DNA of 61,295 bases, counting the filler. It is 4 parts of 4 records of this genome, joined end to end, with 100 filler letters (N's around TTAATTAATTAA, not from the genome) between each part and the next. Parts side by side here need not be neighbours in the genome. Positions count along the whole stretch, not along the records: positions 1 to 9,793 come from DRR378314_826; 3 more parts are not named here. The stretch is one strand, 5' to 3'. A program made the position numbers and the translations under genes. Under the pieces are notes generated by a model. That model saw nothing but the letters and a program-made list of their open reading frames with translations. It ran no database searches and was not told the origin of the DNA. Below are positions 1 through 8,016 of this stretch, piece after piece. The first letter of the stretch is position 1, and each line of letters opens with the position of its first letter.

Positions 1-38
1 CTTGGGCTCCGCCATCCATGGCTCCGCACACTTTTGGG
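1..38 (-). repeat. Partial intergenic palindromic repeat (REP/MITE-like family), cut at window/contig start
   Basis: The reverse complement reads CCCAAAAGTGTGCGGAGCCATGGATGGCGGAGCCCAAG, nearly identical to CCAAAACCGTGCGTAGCCATGGATGGCGGA at 9764-9793. Confidence 0.75.
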
Positions 39-76
39 CAGCCCCCTGCATCACCTGTTCTCATCCGTGTCTGCTT

Positions 77-113
77 GCTATTACCGGGTGATTTCAAATC
101 ACCCGGTAATAGC
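77..113. other. Perfect 18-bp inverted repeat centred on the tssE stop codon
   Basis: GCTATTACCGGGTGATTT-C-AAATCACCCGGTAATAGC; the tssE TGA occupies 96-94. Confidence 0.9.
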
Positions 114-534
114 GCTTGTCATCCAATAACAAATCAATGGTCGTTTTATCATCTTCCGAACCCACCTTCAGGTAGACCGTCACCTGGAACCGCAACTGCA
201 ATGGATCCGGCCCCTGGGGCATCGCCATCACATCCACCCGGCTCACCCTGGGTTCAAACTTCTCAATACACTGCCGTATAGCGCTTCGAATACGAATGCT
301 CAGATCATGGGTACCCAGCGTGGCGTCGTTGAAATCCACCAGCCCCAGGTCCGGCACGCTCTCGCTGTTGCCCGGATGGGCATTCAGCAGGCGAACCAGG
401 TGGCGCTTGATGGAATCCACCACATGGGTTACTTCCCCCATGCTTTGCCCCGCGGGTTCGGCAGCCTGTTCCAAACGCTCGAACAGGCTGCCGCCCGAAG
501 CCTGAACACCGTCAGCACCGGTGTTCCTGAACAC
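94..534 (-). CDS. tssE: T6SS baseplate gp25-like subunit TssE
   Basis: SLFERL, 'SIKRHLVRLLN', 'DLGLVDFND' and 'IEKFEPR' motifs; directly downstream of tssC. Confidence 0.9.
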   Translation of the reverse strand: MFRNTGADGVQASGGSLFERLEQAAEPAGQSMGEVTHVVDSIKRHLVRLLNAHPGNSESVPDLGLVDFNDATLGTHDLSIRIRSAIRQCIEKFEPRVSRVDVMAMPQGPDPLQLRFQVTVYLKVGSEDDKTTIDLLLDDKRYYRVI

Positions 535-537
535 GGG

Positions 538-2019
538 TTAGTCCTTGTCCAGACGGCCGACGAGTGACAGCTCGAAGTTCGCACCCATGTACTTGAAGTG
601 CGGACGAACCGCCAGGGACACCGAGTACCAGCCCGGATCGCCTTCCACATCGGAGACGGTTACCTTGGCGGCGCGCAGTGGTCGACGGCTGCGAACATCC
701 GCCGGCGGGTTTTCCTGGTCGGCCACGTACTGGCGAATCCAGGTGTTCAGCTCCCGCTCCAGGTCCTGACGTTCTTTCCAGGAACCGATCTGCTCGCGCT
801 GCAGAACCTTGATGTAGTGCGCCAGGCGGTTCACGATCATCATGTAAGGCAGTTGCGTACCCAGCTTGTAGTTGGTTTCCGCTTCCTTGCCTTCCTTGGT
901 GTTCGGGAACTGCTTGGGCTTCTGCACCGAGTTGGCGGAGAAGAACGCTGCGTTGTCACTGCCCTTACGCATGGTCAGGGCGATGAAGCCTTCGTCAGCC
1001 ATTTCGTATTCGCGACGGTCGGTGATCAGCACCTCGGTCGGAATCTTGGCTTCCAGCTGACCAAAGGATTCAAAGGTATGAACCGGCAGGTCTTCCACCG
1101 AACCACCGCTTTGCGGGCCGATGATGTTCGGGCACCAACGGTACTTGGCGAAGCTTTCGGTCAGGCGCGTGGCCAGCAGGTAGGCCGTGTTGCCCCACAG
1201 GTAATGCTCGTGGTCGCCGGACACGTCTTCCTTGTAGTTGAAGCTGCGTACCGGGTTTTCCGTGGGATCATAAGGCACACGCAGCAGGAAGCGCGGTGAT
1301 GTCAGGCCCAGGTAGCGGGCGTCTTCCGACTCACGCAGGGAGCGCCACTTGGCGTATTTCGGGCCTTCGAAGACGGCTTTCAGTTCCTTGATGGCCGGCA
1401 GTTCCTGATAGCTGTCGACACCGAAGAACGTTGGCGCAACGGAGGACAGGAACGGCGCATGGGCCATGGCGCCTACAGAAGACACATACTGCAGTAGCTT
1501 CATGTCCGGCGTGGAGGGTGTGAAGGCATAGTTGCCGACAACTGCACCCACGGGCTCGCCGCCAAACTGGCCGTACTCGGTGGAGTAGATGTGCTTGTAG
1601 AAACCGGTCTGGGTGACATCGGGCGCGAACTCGAAGTCTTCCAGCAGTTCAGTCTTGGTGGCGTGAAGGATATCCACCTTGATGTTCTCGCGGAAATCGG
1701 TGCGATCCACCATCAGCTTCAGGCCGCGCCAGGAAGACTCCAGTTCCTGCAGCTTGGGCGCGTGCAGGATTTCGTCCATCTGTGCGCTGATCTTACGATC
1801 CAGCTCGACCACCATCTGGTCGACCAGTGCCTTGTTGACCGGCTGACCTTTCTCGTCGCTTTTCAGCAGGTTGGAGATAAACGTTGCCACGCCGCGGCGC
1901 GCCACATCGTATCCTTCATCGGCGGGAGCCATGCGACTGTTGGCCATTACCTGGTCCAGCAGTGAGCCTTCCGCAGCAGCTTCGGAGGCAGCAGATTGCT
2001 GCTCAGCAGTATCAGACAT
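538..2019 (-). CDS. tssC: T6SS contractile sheath large subunit TssC (VipB)
   Basis: 'LESSWRGLK', 'EYGQFGGEP', 'YLWGN', 'FFSANSVQKP' and 'RPHFKYMG' motifs; 493 aa. Confidence 0.97.
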   Translation of the reverse strand: MSDTAEQQSAASEAAAEGSLLDQVMANSRMAPADEGYDVARRGVATFISNLLKSDEKGQPVNKALVDQMVVELDRKISAQMDEILHAPKLQELESSWRGLKLMVDRTDFRENIKVDILHATKTELLEDFEFAPDVTQTGFYKHIYSTEYGQFGGEPVGAVVGNYAFTPSTPDMKLLQYVSSVGAMAHAPFLSSVAPTFFGVDSYQELPAIKELKAVFEGPKYAKWRSLRESEDARYLGLTSPRFLLRVPYDPTENPVRSFNYKEDVSGDHEHYLWGNTAYLLATRLTESFAKYRWCPNIIGPQSGGSVEDLPVHTFESFGQLEAKIPTEVLITDRREYEMADEGFIALTMRKGSDNAAFFSANSVQKPKQFPNTKEGKEAETNYKLGTQLPYMMIVNRLAHYIKVLQREQIGSWKERQDLERELNTWIRQYVADQENPPADVRSRRPLRAAKVTVSDVEGDPGWYSVSLAVRPHFKYMGANFELSLVGRLDKD

Positions 2020-2095
2020 ACCACATCCCTTCAGTACGTTTTAATAGAAAAGTGAAACCTGCCATCAATGGCAGAATTCGAATCAAGAGTCCGGA

Positions 2096-2596
2096 TTATT
2101 CGCCGCTTTCGTCCGTGGCCAGCTCAAGCTCCTGGAGGAGTTTGTCGCGGGCGTCATCGTTGTCCAGCAGTTCCTGCAGCTTGGATCGGAACGATGGCAC
2201 GTTACCCAGCGGGCCCTTGAGGGCAACCAGTGCTTCACGAAGCTCAATCAGCTTCTTCAGCTCAGGTACCTGACGGGAAATGCTATCCGGGGAAAAGTCG
2301 TCCAGCGTCTGGAATTCGAGGTTAACCGGCAATTCTTCGGCGTCTTCGTCCAGCTTGTTGGTGACCGTGGTGGAGAGGGTAAGACCGGCTTCCGACATCA
2401 CAGAACGGAAATTGTTCTTGTCGACGGAAATCGCCTTACGGTCTTCGATCGGAGTTTCTTCGGCCTGCCCCTTGAAGTCACCAACGACAAACATCTTCAG
2501 CGGCAGTTCTGTTTCAGCCTGCTGATCACCGGTGGCGGGGACATACTTGATATTGATGCGCTCTTTCGGCGCGACGGAACCGTCTTTTGAAGACAT
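2096..2596 (-). CDS. tssB: T6SS contractile sheath small subunit TssB (VipA)
   Basis: 'SVAPKERINIKY', 'ELPLK' and 'DDFSPDSISRQVPELKKLIELREALVALKGPLGN' motifs. Confidence 0.97.
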   Translation of the reverse strand: MSSKDGSVAPKERINIKYVPATGDQQAETELPLKMFVVGDFKGQAEETPIEDRKAISVDKNNFRSVMSEAGLTLSTTVTNKLDEDAEELPVNLEFQTLDDFSPDSISRQVPELKKLIELREALVALKGPLGNVPSFRSKLQELLDNDDARDKLLQELELATDESGE

Positions 2597-2808
2597 GCGC
2601 TTGCTCCCTGTGGTCCATGTGCAAACTCAGTTGCGGTGTTACAGTCCATTGTGCGCACCTTCCTGGCACGCTACAGGCAGAACTTTACACAGGATAAAAC
2701 GGGTACTCAAGCAAAAATTGGCCAGCTTTTGGCAAAATTTCGGCCCCGGGCAAAGAATTGCCAACCATTCGACATCCCGGGGCCTTTTACAACAATGACC
2801 TATCGTAA

Positions 2809-3300
2809 CTAGCGACGCTTTGGCGTCCAGGCCCAGATCATTTCGATCTCGATGGGCTCCTGGCCTTCACTGTCGTGGATGGTCACCGGCACCGAGGTTT
2901 CGCCCTTGTCTTCGGTCAGCATACGCTCACGCTGCTCAGCAGTGAGGTACGCCTCAACCTTCATATCACCTTTCGCACGTCGGGTGTATTCCGCATGGGC
3001 GGTTTTGATCACCGGCACCTTGTCGTCCGGCACGTTCAGACCGACCAGAAAGCCCGTGGCGGATTCCGCCAGCAGCAGGGAGGCTACGGCATGCACACCC
3101 TTGATATGATTCTGGACCCTTCGCCTGTTCTTCAGGGAAATCACACAACGTTCCTGATCCAGGGCTTCAATACGAATACCGGTGGTACCGGTGAAGGGAA
3201 CCGCCTTGCCGAAAAACAGCGACAAGGCCTTGGGTCGGGCAAATTCCGGCAACTGATTGATCTTGGCAACAATGCTGGCCAGTTTGTTGGTGGCGGCCAT
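2809..3300 (-). CDS. DUF4442 / hotdog-fold thioesterase-like protein
   Basis: 'NRRRVQNHIKGVHA', 'LAESATG' and C-terminal 'WAW' typical of PaaI-like DUF4442 proteins. Confidence 0.75.
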   Translation of the reverse strand: MAATNKLASIVAKINQLPEFARPKALSLFFGKAVPFTGTTGIRIEALDQERCVISLKNRRRVQNHIKGVHAVASLLLAESATGFLVGLNVPDDKVPVIKTAHAEYTRRAKGDMKVEAYLTAEQRERMLTEDKGETSVPVTIHDSEGQEPIEIEMIWAWTPKRR

Positions 3301-3450
3301 GGGGTATCTCCGCTTATCTTAAAAGAAGGATGCGGACAATACCCCATTCGTCGAAGGATTGGAACGATCAGCCAATGACGGCCACACTGTCTCTGGATAT
3401 ACTCTTCCGCACCATGAATCCCGGATTTAACACCAAAAAGGAACCGCCAT

Positions 3451-3711
3451 ATGAGTGACCTGAAAGCCCGCTTTGACGAAGCCGTCAACTACATCCAGAA
3501 CGCCGAAGGCGACTTCAAACCCTCCAACGAACTGAAGCTGGAATTCTACGCCCTCTACAAGCAGGCCACCGAAGGGGATGTCAGTGGCAAACGCCCGGGC
3601 ATGATGGACTTTGTCGGCCGCGCCAAGTACGACGCCTGGGAAAAGGTCAAAGGCACCTCATCCGAGGAAGCCATGCAGAAGTACATCGACAAGCTGGAAG
3701 CGCTGAAGTAA
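3451..3711 (+). CDS. Acyl-CoA-binding protein (ACBP)
   Basis: 'KLEFYALYKQATEGD', 'RPGMMDFVGRAKYDAW' and 'AMQKYI' match the ACBP signature; 86 aa. Confidence 0.93.
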   Translation: MSDLKARFDEAVNYIQNAEGDFKPSNELKLEFYALYKQATEGDVSGKRPGMMDFVGRAKYDAWEKVKGTSSEEAMQKYIDKLEALK

Positions 3712-3731
3712 ACAGCGACCAGACTGCTTGA

Positions 3732-3760
3732 GAAGCAACAACCATTGAGGTTGTTGCTTC
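3732..3760. terminator. 12-bp hairpin after ACBP (possible terminator or stabiliser)
   Basis: GAAGCAACAACC-ATTGA-GGTTGTTGCTTC; no clear U-tract. Confidence 0.5.
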
Positions 3761-3773
3761 CGGTCAATTCTCC

Positions 3774-3836
3774 TCGCAAAAGTTTTGCGACGTTCAAACG
3801 ATTGTCATAAGATGCGCGCATCATAAGAACAACAAT
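3774..3836 (+). promoter_or_regulatory. Operator-like palindromes and a CA-rich (Hfq/Crc-like) motif upstream of the integrase N-domain gene
   Basis: TCGCAAAA-G-TTTTGCGA (3774-3790), GATGCGCGCATC (3811-3822) overlapped by TCATAAGA direct repeats, then AAGAACAACAA. Confidence 0.45.
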
Positions 3837-3854
3837 TCACACGGAAGACGCATC

Positions 3855-4166
3855 ATGGATATCACCGAGGCGCTGGAACAGTCGCAGCCCGGCCTTGTCA
3901 GTCGAGTGACTGGCGCCATCCGAAAACACCAGCTTAACCACCGCGCAGAGCAGACCTATCTCCACTGGATTTCCCGGTTCGTGCTTTTCCACAATCTGAA
4001 AAACCCGGAAACCCTGCAGCCTGGCGACCGGCAATTGTTCCTGGCCTATCTGAGCGAACGCCTGGAAGTGTCACGGGCACGCCTCAACCAGGCCAAACAG
4101 GCCCTGACGTTCTTTTACGAAGATGTGTTGGGCAGAACGGACCCAGAGGGTATCGTCGCCGCCTGA
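3855..4166 (+). CDS. Stand-alone integrase N-terminal SAM-like domain (integron IntI N-domain-like), no catalytic domain
   Basis: 'AIRKHQLNHRAEQTYLHWISRFVLFH...FLAYL...VSRARLNQAKQALTFFYEDVL' parallels the IntI N-terminus; stop after 103 aa. Confidence 0.8.
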   Translation: MDITEALEQSQPGLVSRVTGAIRKHQLNHRAEQTYLHWISRFVLFHNLKNPETLQPGDRQLFLAYLSERLEVSRARLNQAKQALTFFYEDVLGRTDPEGIVAA

Positions 4167-4184
4167 CTCAGCGCAGCAAGCGAT

Positions 4185-4631
4185 CTACCGTTCCGTCGTT
4201 GTGGTGTTGAACGCGCCGTAGTTCCGATTGGTCGGCGGGCGGATAATGTAGTTATCACCGTGGGTCTGCCCGGGAATGGACTTGGGATTGCTAAAGCGGA
4301 ACTCCACGGGAATTTCGCTACGCCCGAGATCGGTACGGGGGTCGCGGGGCTGAAGGGCGAGGGGGTCCAGATAGAAATCCTCGTCCGTTCGCGGTTGCAC
4401 GGGCACCCCAGCCGCTGGCGCTTCCAGTCCACCCTCTATAACGGTATTCGCCAGGGACTCTTCTTCCATCGAACGGAAGGGGATGGTTTCGATGGTCGAG
4501 CGCTCTTCGTAGTTAAACGCGCCACCCTCGACGGCCTCTTCACCGGTTTGCGCCCACACCAACGGTGACAGCGCCGCCACCCAAAGAGCGGCCACGCCCA
4601 CGGTTGTCTTTTTTGAATCGAATCCGCCCAT
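4185..4631 (-). CDS. Hypothetical secreted protein
   Basis: Sec-type signal (KK, hydrophobic core, VWA|Q) and an acidic Pro-rich mature region. Confidence 0.65.
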   Translation of the reverse strand: MGGFDSKKTTVGVAALWVAALSPLVWAQTGEEAVEGGAFNYEERSTIETIPFRSMEEESLANTVIEGGLEAPAAGVPVQPRTDEDFYLDPLALQPRDPRTDLGRSEIPVEFRFSNPKSIPGQTHGDNYIIRPPTNRNYGAFNTTTTER

Positions 4632-4764
4632 AACGACTGCCTTTTATTATCCCTGTCCAGCCTGACTATTATTTGAACAAACGCAGTTCAGGTTGACAAT
4701 TTTTGATCAGTCTATCGCCAAAAACGACAAAAAACCCGGCCAGTCGCCAGTTTTGTGACACTCC

Positions 4765-5256
4765 TCACTTGTCGGATGTCAGCGGCTCATAATGGATACG
4801 GGTGATCACAACGTGATTCCAGCCATCGGGTGTGCGCACGCCAACCTCGTCGTCAACGCGCTTACCCAAAAGAGCGCGAGCCATGGGCGAGTCGATACTG
4901 AGATACCCTCGCGTCAGATCAAACTCATCCGGCCCAACCAGCCGGTAGGTGCTCTCGTTGCCTTCTTCACTTTCGATCGTCACCCACGCGCCGAAGAACA
5001 CCTTGCCCCGGTCATCGGGAAGGCGGCCCACCACCGTCAGCTCGTCCAGCCGCTTGGTCAGGAAGCGAACGCGCCGGTCGATTTCACGCAGTTGCTTCTT
5101 GCCATAAATATACTCGGCGTTCTCCGAGCGGTCGCCCTGGGCCGCTGCTTCACGCACTGCCTGGGTAACCTCCGGACGCTTCTCTTTCCAGAGATAACGC
5201 AATTCCTCACGGAGAGCCTGCTCGCCCTCCGCGGTTATATAGCGGGTTCTGGCCAT
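4765..5256 (-). CDS. greB: Transcription elongation factor GreB
   Basis: 'YLWKEKRPEVT', 'GDRSENAEYIYGKKQLREIDRRVRFL', 'VFFGAWV' and 'SIDSPMARALLGK'; ATG at 5256 preferred. Confidence 0.95.
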   Translation of the reverse strand: MARTRYITAEGEQALREELRYLWKEKRPEVTQAVREAAAQGDRSENAEYIYGKKQLREIDRRVRFLTKRLDELTVVGRLPDDRGKVFFGAWVTIESEEGNESTYRLVGPDEFDLTRGYLSIDSPMARALLGKRVDDEVGVRTPDGWNHVVITRIHYEPLTSDK

Positions 5257-5279
5257 TAAGAAAACCACCGTGTAGACAT

Positions 5280-5303
5280 AAAAAAACCCCGTAAAAACGG
5301 GGT
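5280..5303 (-). terminator. Intrinsic terminator just upstream of greB
   Basis: Minus strand reads ACCCCGT-TTTT-ACGGGGT then a T-run, ending about 24 nt before the greB ATG. Confidence 0.8.
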
Positions 5304-5382
5304 AAGGCTAGCGCTGTGCTGGAGGGAGAAGCAAGCGGAGTTTCCGCCGACTTCCTTAGCTACACTTCCCATTGTCCATAAA
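5280..5382 (-). ncRNA. Candidate ~100-nt sRNA or greB leader RNA
   Basis: Non-coding stretch after a TAACCT -10-like hexamer (5390-5385), with several GGA motifs, a CUUCUCCCUCC tract and a strong terminator. Confidence 0.4.
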
Positions 5383-5515
5383 ACAGGTTACACCGCGGTG
5401 GCGGCCGAATTACGTTTTAGTCAGGGGCAGGTTTAGGTTGCGCACTCTAGATGCTCGCGTTAGCGTTCAAAGTCAGATGAATTTCCGATTCAACGTCCGA
5501 TGACAGGATACGAAC

Positions 5516-5770
5516 ATGAACACCAAAAAACTTCTCGACACGGCCCTCAACGGCCTAGACAGCATTGGCTATCGGCTGGACCAGTACGGCATCACTGGCA
5601 AGCTGAACCGTCACAACCTGGCCGCATTTATCATGCTGGAACAGAAACACCTGGAAGGGGAGTGGGACAGCATCCAGGCCAAATTCGATCGTCGCCGTTC
5701 ACAGGTAGACACACTGCTGAAGCCAGTGATCAGCCGCGTGAATCAATTCCGCGGCGTTTCCGGCAGTTGA
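5516..5770 (+). CDS. Small hypothetical helical protein
   Basis: 84-aa ORF with an AGGA RBS; fills the gap and abuts the kinase stop codon. Confidence 0.6.
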   Translation: MNTKKLLDTALNGLDSIGYRLDQYGITGKLNRHNLAAFIMLEQKHLEGEWDSIQAKFDRRRSQVDTLLKPVISRVNQFRGVSGS

Positions 5771-7246
5771 TCAAACGCCCCTGAGTTCTCCCGGGGACGT
5801 CTGCTCCCCGGTTTCCGAAGCGGGAATGGTCTGGGTGTCTTTCAGGCGTTTCCGGTTCGGGGAGTAGGCAGGCAATCGAATGGTCACCATCAATCCCGGA
5901 TACTCTTGTCCGGGGTGATGATCGCTCAGTGAGATGACACCCTGGTGGATCTCCGCCACCGCACTGACAAGGCTCAGCCCAAGGCCGTTTCCGGGCAGTG
6001 ACCGGCTCTTGCCAACCCGGTAGAAGCGCTGGAATACCTGATCTTTTTCGTCATCGGGGATACCGATGCCGCTGTCCCCCACCTCGAAAATCGCGTCGTT
6101 GGCTTCCTTGCGTACGTTCACCCGAATCTTACCGTGCTCTGGCGTATACTTGATGGCGTTATCAATCAGGTTGCTGACCATCTGGAACAAGAGGTCACGG
6201 TCGCCCTCAATCACCACGTGATCTTCCAGCGACTGCTCGAACTGTTGCTCCTTGTCTTCCGCCAGCGCCTCATACAGCTCACAGGCGTCGCTGACCAGTT
6301 CTCCCAGAGGTACTTGCTGCATGTCCGCTGTGTTACCGCGGGTTTCCAGCCGCGCGATACGCAACAGGGCATTGAACGTGGCCAGCAACTGATCCGCTTC
6401 TGCCACAGCCTTGCCAGCCTGCTCACGGGCCTCATCGTTGTCCACCGACATAAGGGTGTTTTCCAGCTGATTCCGCAGCCGGGTCAGCGGGGTTCTTAAA
6501 TCGTGGGCGATGCTGTCCGACACGTGCCGGATACCTTCCATCAGGTACACAATACGGTCCAGCATCTGGTTCAGGTTCTCTGCGAGCTGGTCGAAGTCGT
6601 CGTCGGTGCCGCGAGTCGGTATGCGAAGGGACAGGTGCCCGTTCATGATCCGTCGGGAGGTGTTGTTGATGACTTCAATGCGCCGCGTGGTGCTTCGGCT
6701 CATCAGGAATCCGCCCAGCAACGCCAGCGCCAGGGTAATACCCATCCCCCAGTTAATGGCGGTTTCGATCACCCGTTTAAGATTAGTGAGCTCGTCCACA
6801 TCACGGCCCACCAACAGGCGTAGACCACCCTGAACTTCGAAAATCCGGGCCCGTGCAAGGCGCTCGGGGCCAGACCAGCCCACTGACGGATTCAGGGTAA
6901 AGTTGATCCAGCCGCTGTCGGAACGAGAGCCCTTGGGCCAGCTTTCAATGTTACCGGCGAGCTTGACGAAGTCGTCCGTCGTCAACAGATAGATGGATTT
7001 CGCGTTGGGGTCGCGGGCAACGCGCTCGCGGATGATGGAAATAAGGCCATTGATACCGCTGCCACGGTATTGTTCGGCGAGGCCGGCAATCTCGGCCTCG
7101 ATGGTCTCATCGGTCTGGGCAGTCATGAACCCTGCCGTGCGCCAGTAGATAAACGCCAGCAGCAGGAAAACCGAGGTGGCGAACACCACCATGTACAGCA
7201 GGGCTAACTGGAACGATGAGGTTCTGAGCTGGCTAAGCAGTTTCAC
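5771..7246 (-). CDS. Membrane sensor histidine kinase (2 TM, HAMP, HisKA, HATPase)
   Basis: H-box 'IAHDLRTPLTRL', N-box 'NLIDNAIKY', 'DSGIGI' and 'GNGLGLSLV'; GTG at 7246 overlaps the regulator's 3' end. Confidence 0.93.
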   Translation of the reverse strand: MKLLSQLRTSSFQLALLYMVVFATSVFLLLAFIYWRTAGFMTAQTDETIEAEIAGLAEQYRGSGINGLISIIRERVARDPNAKSIYLLTTDDFVKLAGNIESWPKGSRSDSGWINFTLNPSVGWSGPERLARARIFEVQGGLRLLVGRDVDELTNLKRVIETAINWGMGITLALALLGGFLMSRSTTRRIEVINNTSRRIMNGHLSLRIPTRGTDDDFDQLAENLNQMLDRIVYLMEGIRHVSDSIAHDLRTPLTRLRNQLENTLMSVDNDEAREQAGKAVAEADQLLATFNALLRIARLETRGNTADMQQVPLGELVSDACELYEALAEDKEQQFEQSLEDHVVIEGDRDLLFQMVSNLIDNAIKYTPEHGKIRVNVRKEANDAIFEVGDSGIGIPDDEKDQVFQRFYRVGKSRSLPGNGLGLSLVSAVAEIHQGVISLSDHHPGQEYPGLMVTIRLPAYSPNRKRLKDTQTIPASETGEQTSPGELRGV

Positions 7247-7913
7247 GCAACATGTACCCTGCACCCCGTATAGTCTGCAGTAAAGGGGTCTCGAATTCCT
7301 TGTCGATCTTCGCCCTCAGACGGCTGATGTGTACGTCGATGACGTTGGTCTGGGGGTCGAAATGATAATCCCATACTTTTTCGAGCAACATGGTACGCGT
7401 GACCACCTGCCCGGCATTACGCATAAGGTATTCCAGCAGACGGAATTCGCGGGGTTGAACGTCGATGTTGTGCCCTGCCCGCTTGACGGTTCTGGCGAGC
7501 AGATCCATCTCCAGGTCCGCCACCCTCAGTACGGTTTCGGTTTCGGCCGACTGGCGATTGCGACGCACCAGGGATTCGATACGGGCAAGCAGTTCGGTGA
7601 ACGAGAACGGCTTGGTCAGATAGTCATCGCCGCCACCACGCAGTCCCTCCACCCGGTCGTCCACGTCGCCCAGGGCGCTCAGGATCAACACAGGTACCTG
7701 ATTGCCGGTGGCACGCACCGTTTTGATGATCGACAGGCCGTCCATGCCTGGCAGCATGCGATCCACAATCATGATGTCGTAGTCTTCGCTGGCGGCCATC
7801 ATCATACCTTCCTTGCCATCCGCCGCATGATCCACGACAAAATCAGACTCTTTCAGCCCTTTAACAAGGTAGTTTGCCACGTCCTGATCGTCTTCAATTA
7901 CCAGTGCTTTCAC
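7233..7913 (-). CDS. OmpR-family response regulator (CusR/CopR-like)
   Basis: 'LVIEDD', 'VDRMLPGMDG', 'DDYLTKPF', 'VWDYHFDPQTNVIDVHISRLRAKID' and 'TIRGAGY'. Confidence 0.93.
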   Translation of the reverse strand: MKALVIEDDQDVANYLVKGLKESDFVVDHAADGKEGMMMAASEDYDIMIVDRMLPGMDGLSIIKTVRATGNQVPVLILSALGDVDDRVEGLRGGGDDYLTKPFSFTELLARIESLVRRNRQSAETETVLRVADLEMDLLARTVKRAGHNIDVQPREFRLLEYLMRNAGQVVTRTMLLEKVWDYHFDPQTNVIDVHISRLRAKIDKEFETPLLQTIRGAGYMLRETA

Positions 7914-7979
7914 CGGTTATCCTCCCGATAGCGGATTACATTAACAGCTAGGGTACGAAGAACATCGGTTGCCGGCCAG

Positions 7980-7993
7980 TTACGATCTTGTAA
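7980..7993. promoter_or_regulatory. Possible autoregulatory OmpR-family box
   Basis: TTAC-GATCTT-GTAA dyad about 70 nt upstream of the regulator; resembles CusR/CopR-type TGAC/TTAC-N6-GTMA sites. Confidence 0.3.
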
Positions 7994-8016
7994 GAGGGTG
8001 TCGCCAATGGCGACGG

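Noticed and set aside
2059-2074. Small hairpin plus T-rich run between tssB and tssC
   Set aside because: Only a 6-7 bp stem; too weak to call an attenuator
2664-2679. sigma54-like TGGCACG-CTAC-AGGCA upstream of tssB
   Set aside because: Correct GG-N10-GC spacing but on the + strand, pointing away from the T6SS genes, with a poor -12 element
3712-4200. Integron or prophage around the integrase-like ORF
   Set aside because: No catalytic R-H-R-Y domain, no attC-like cassette array, no LexA box and no phage genes seen
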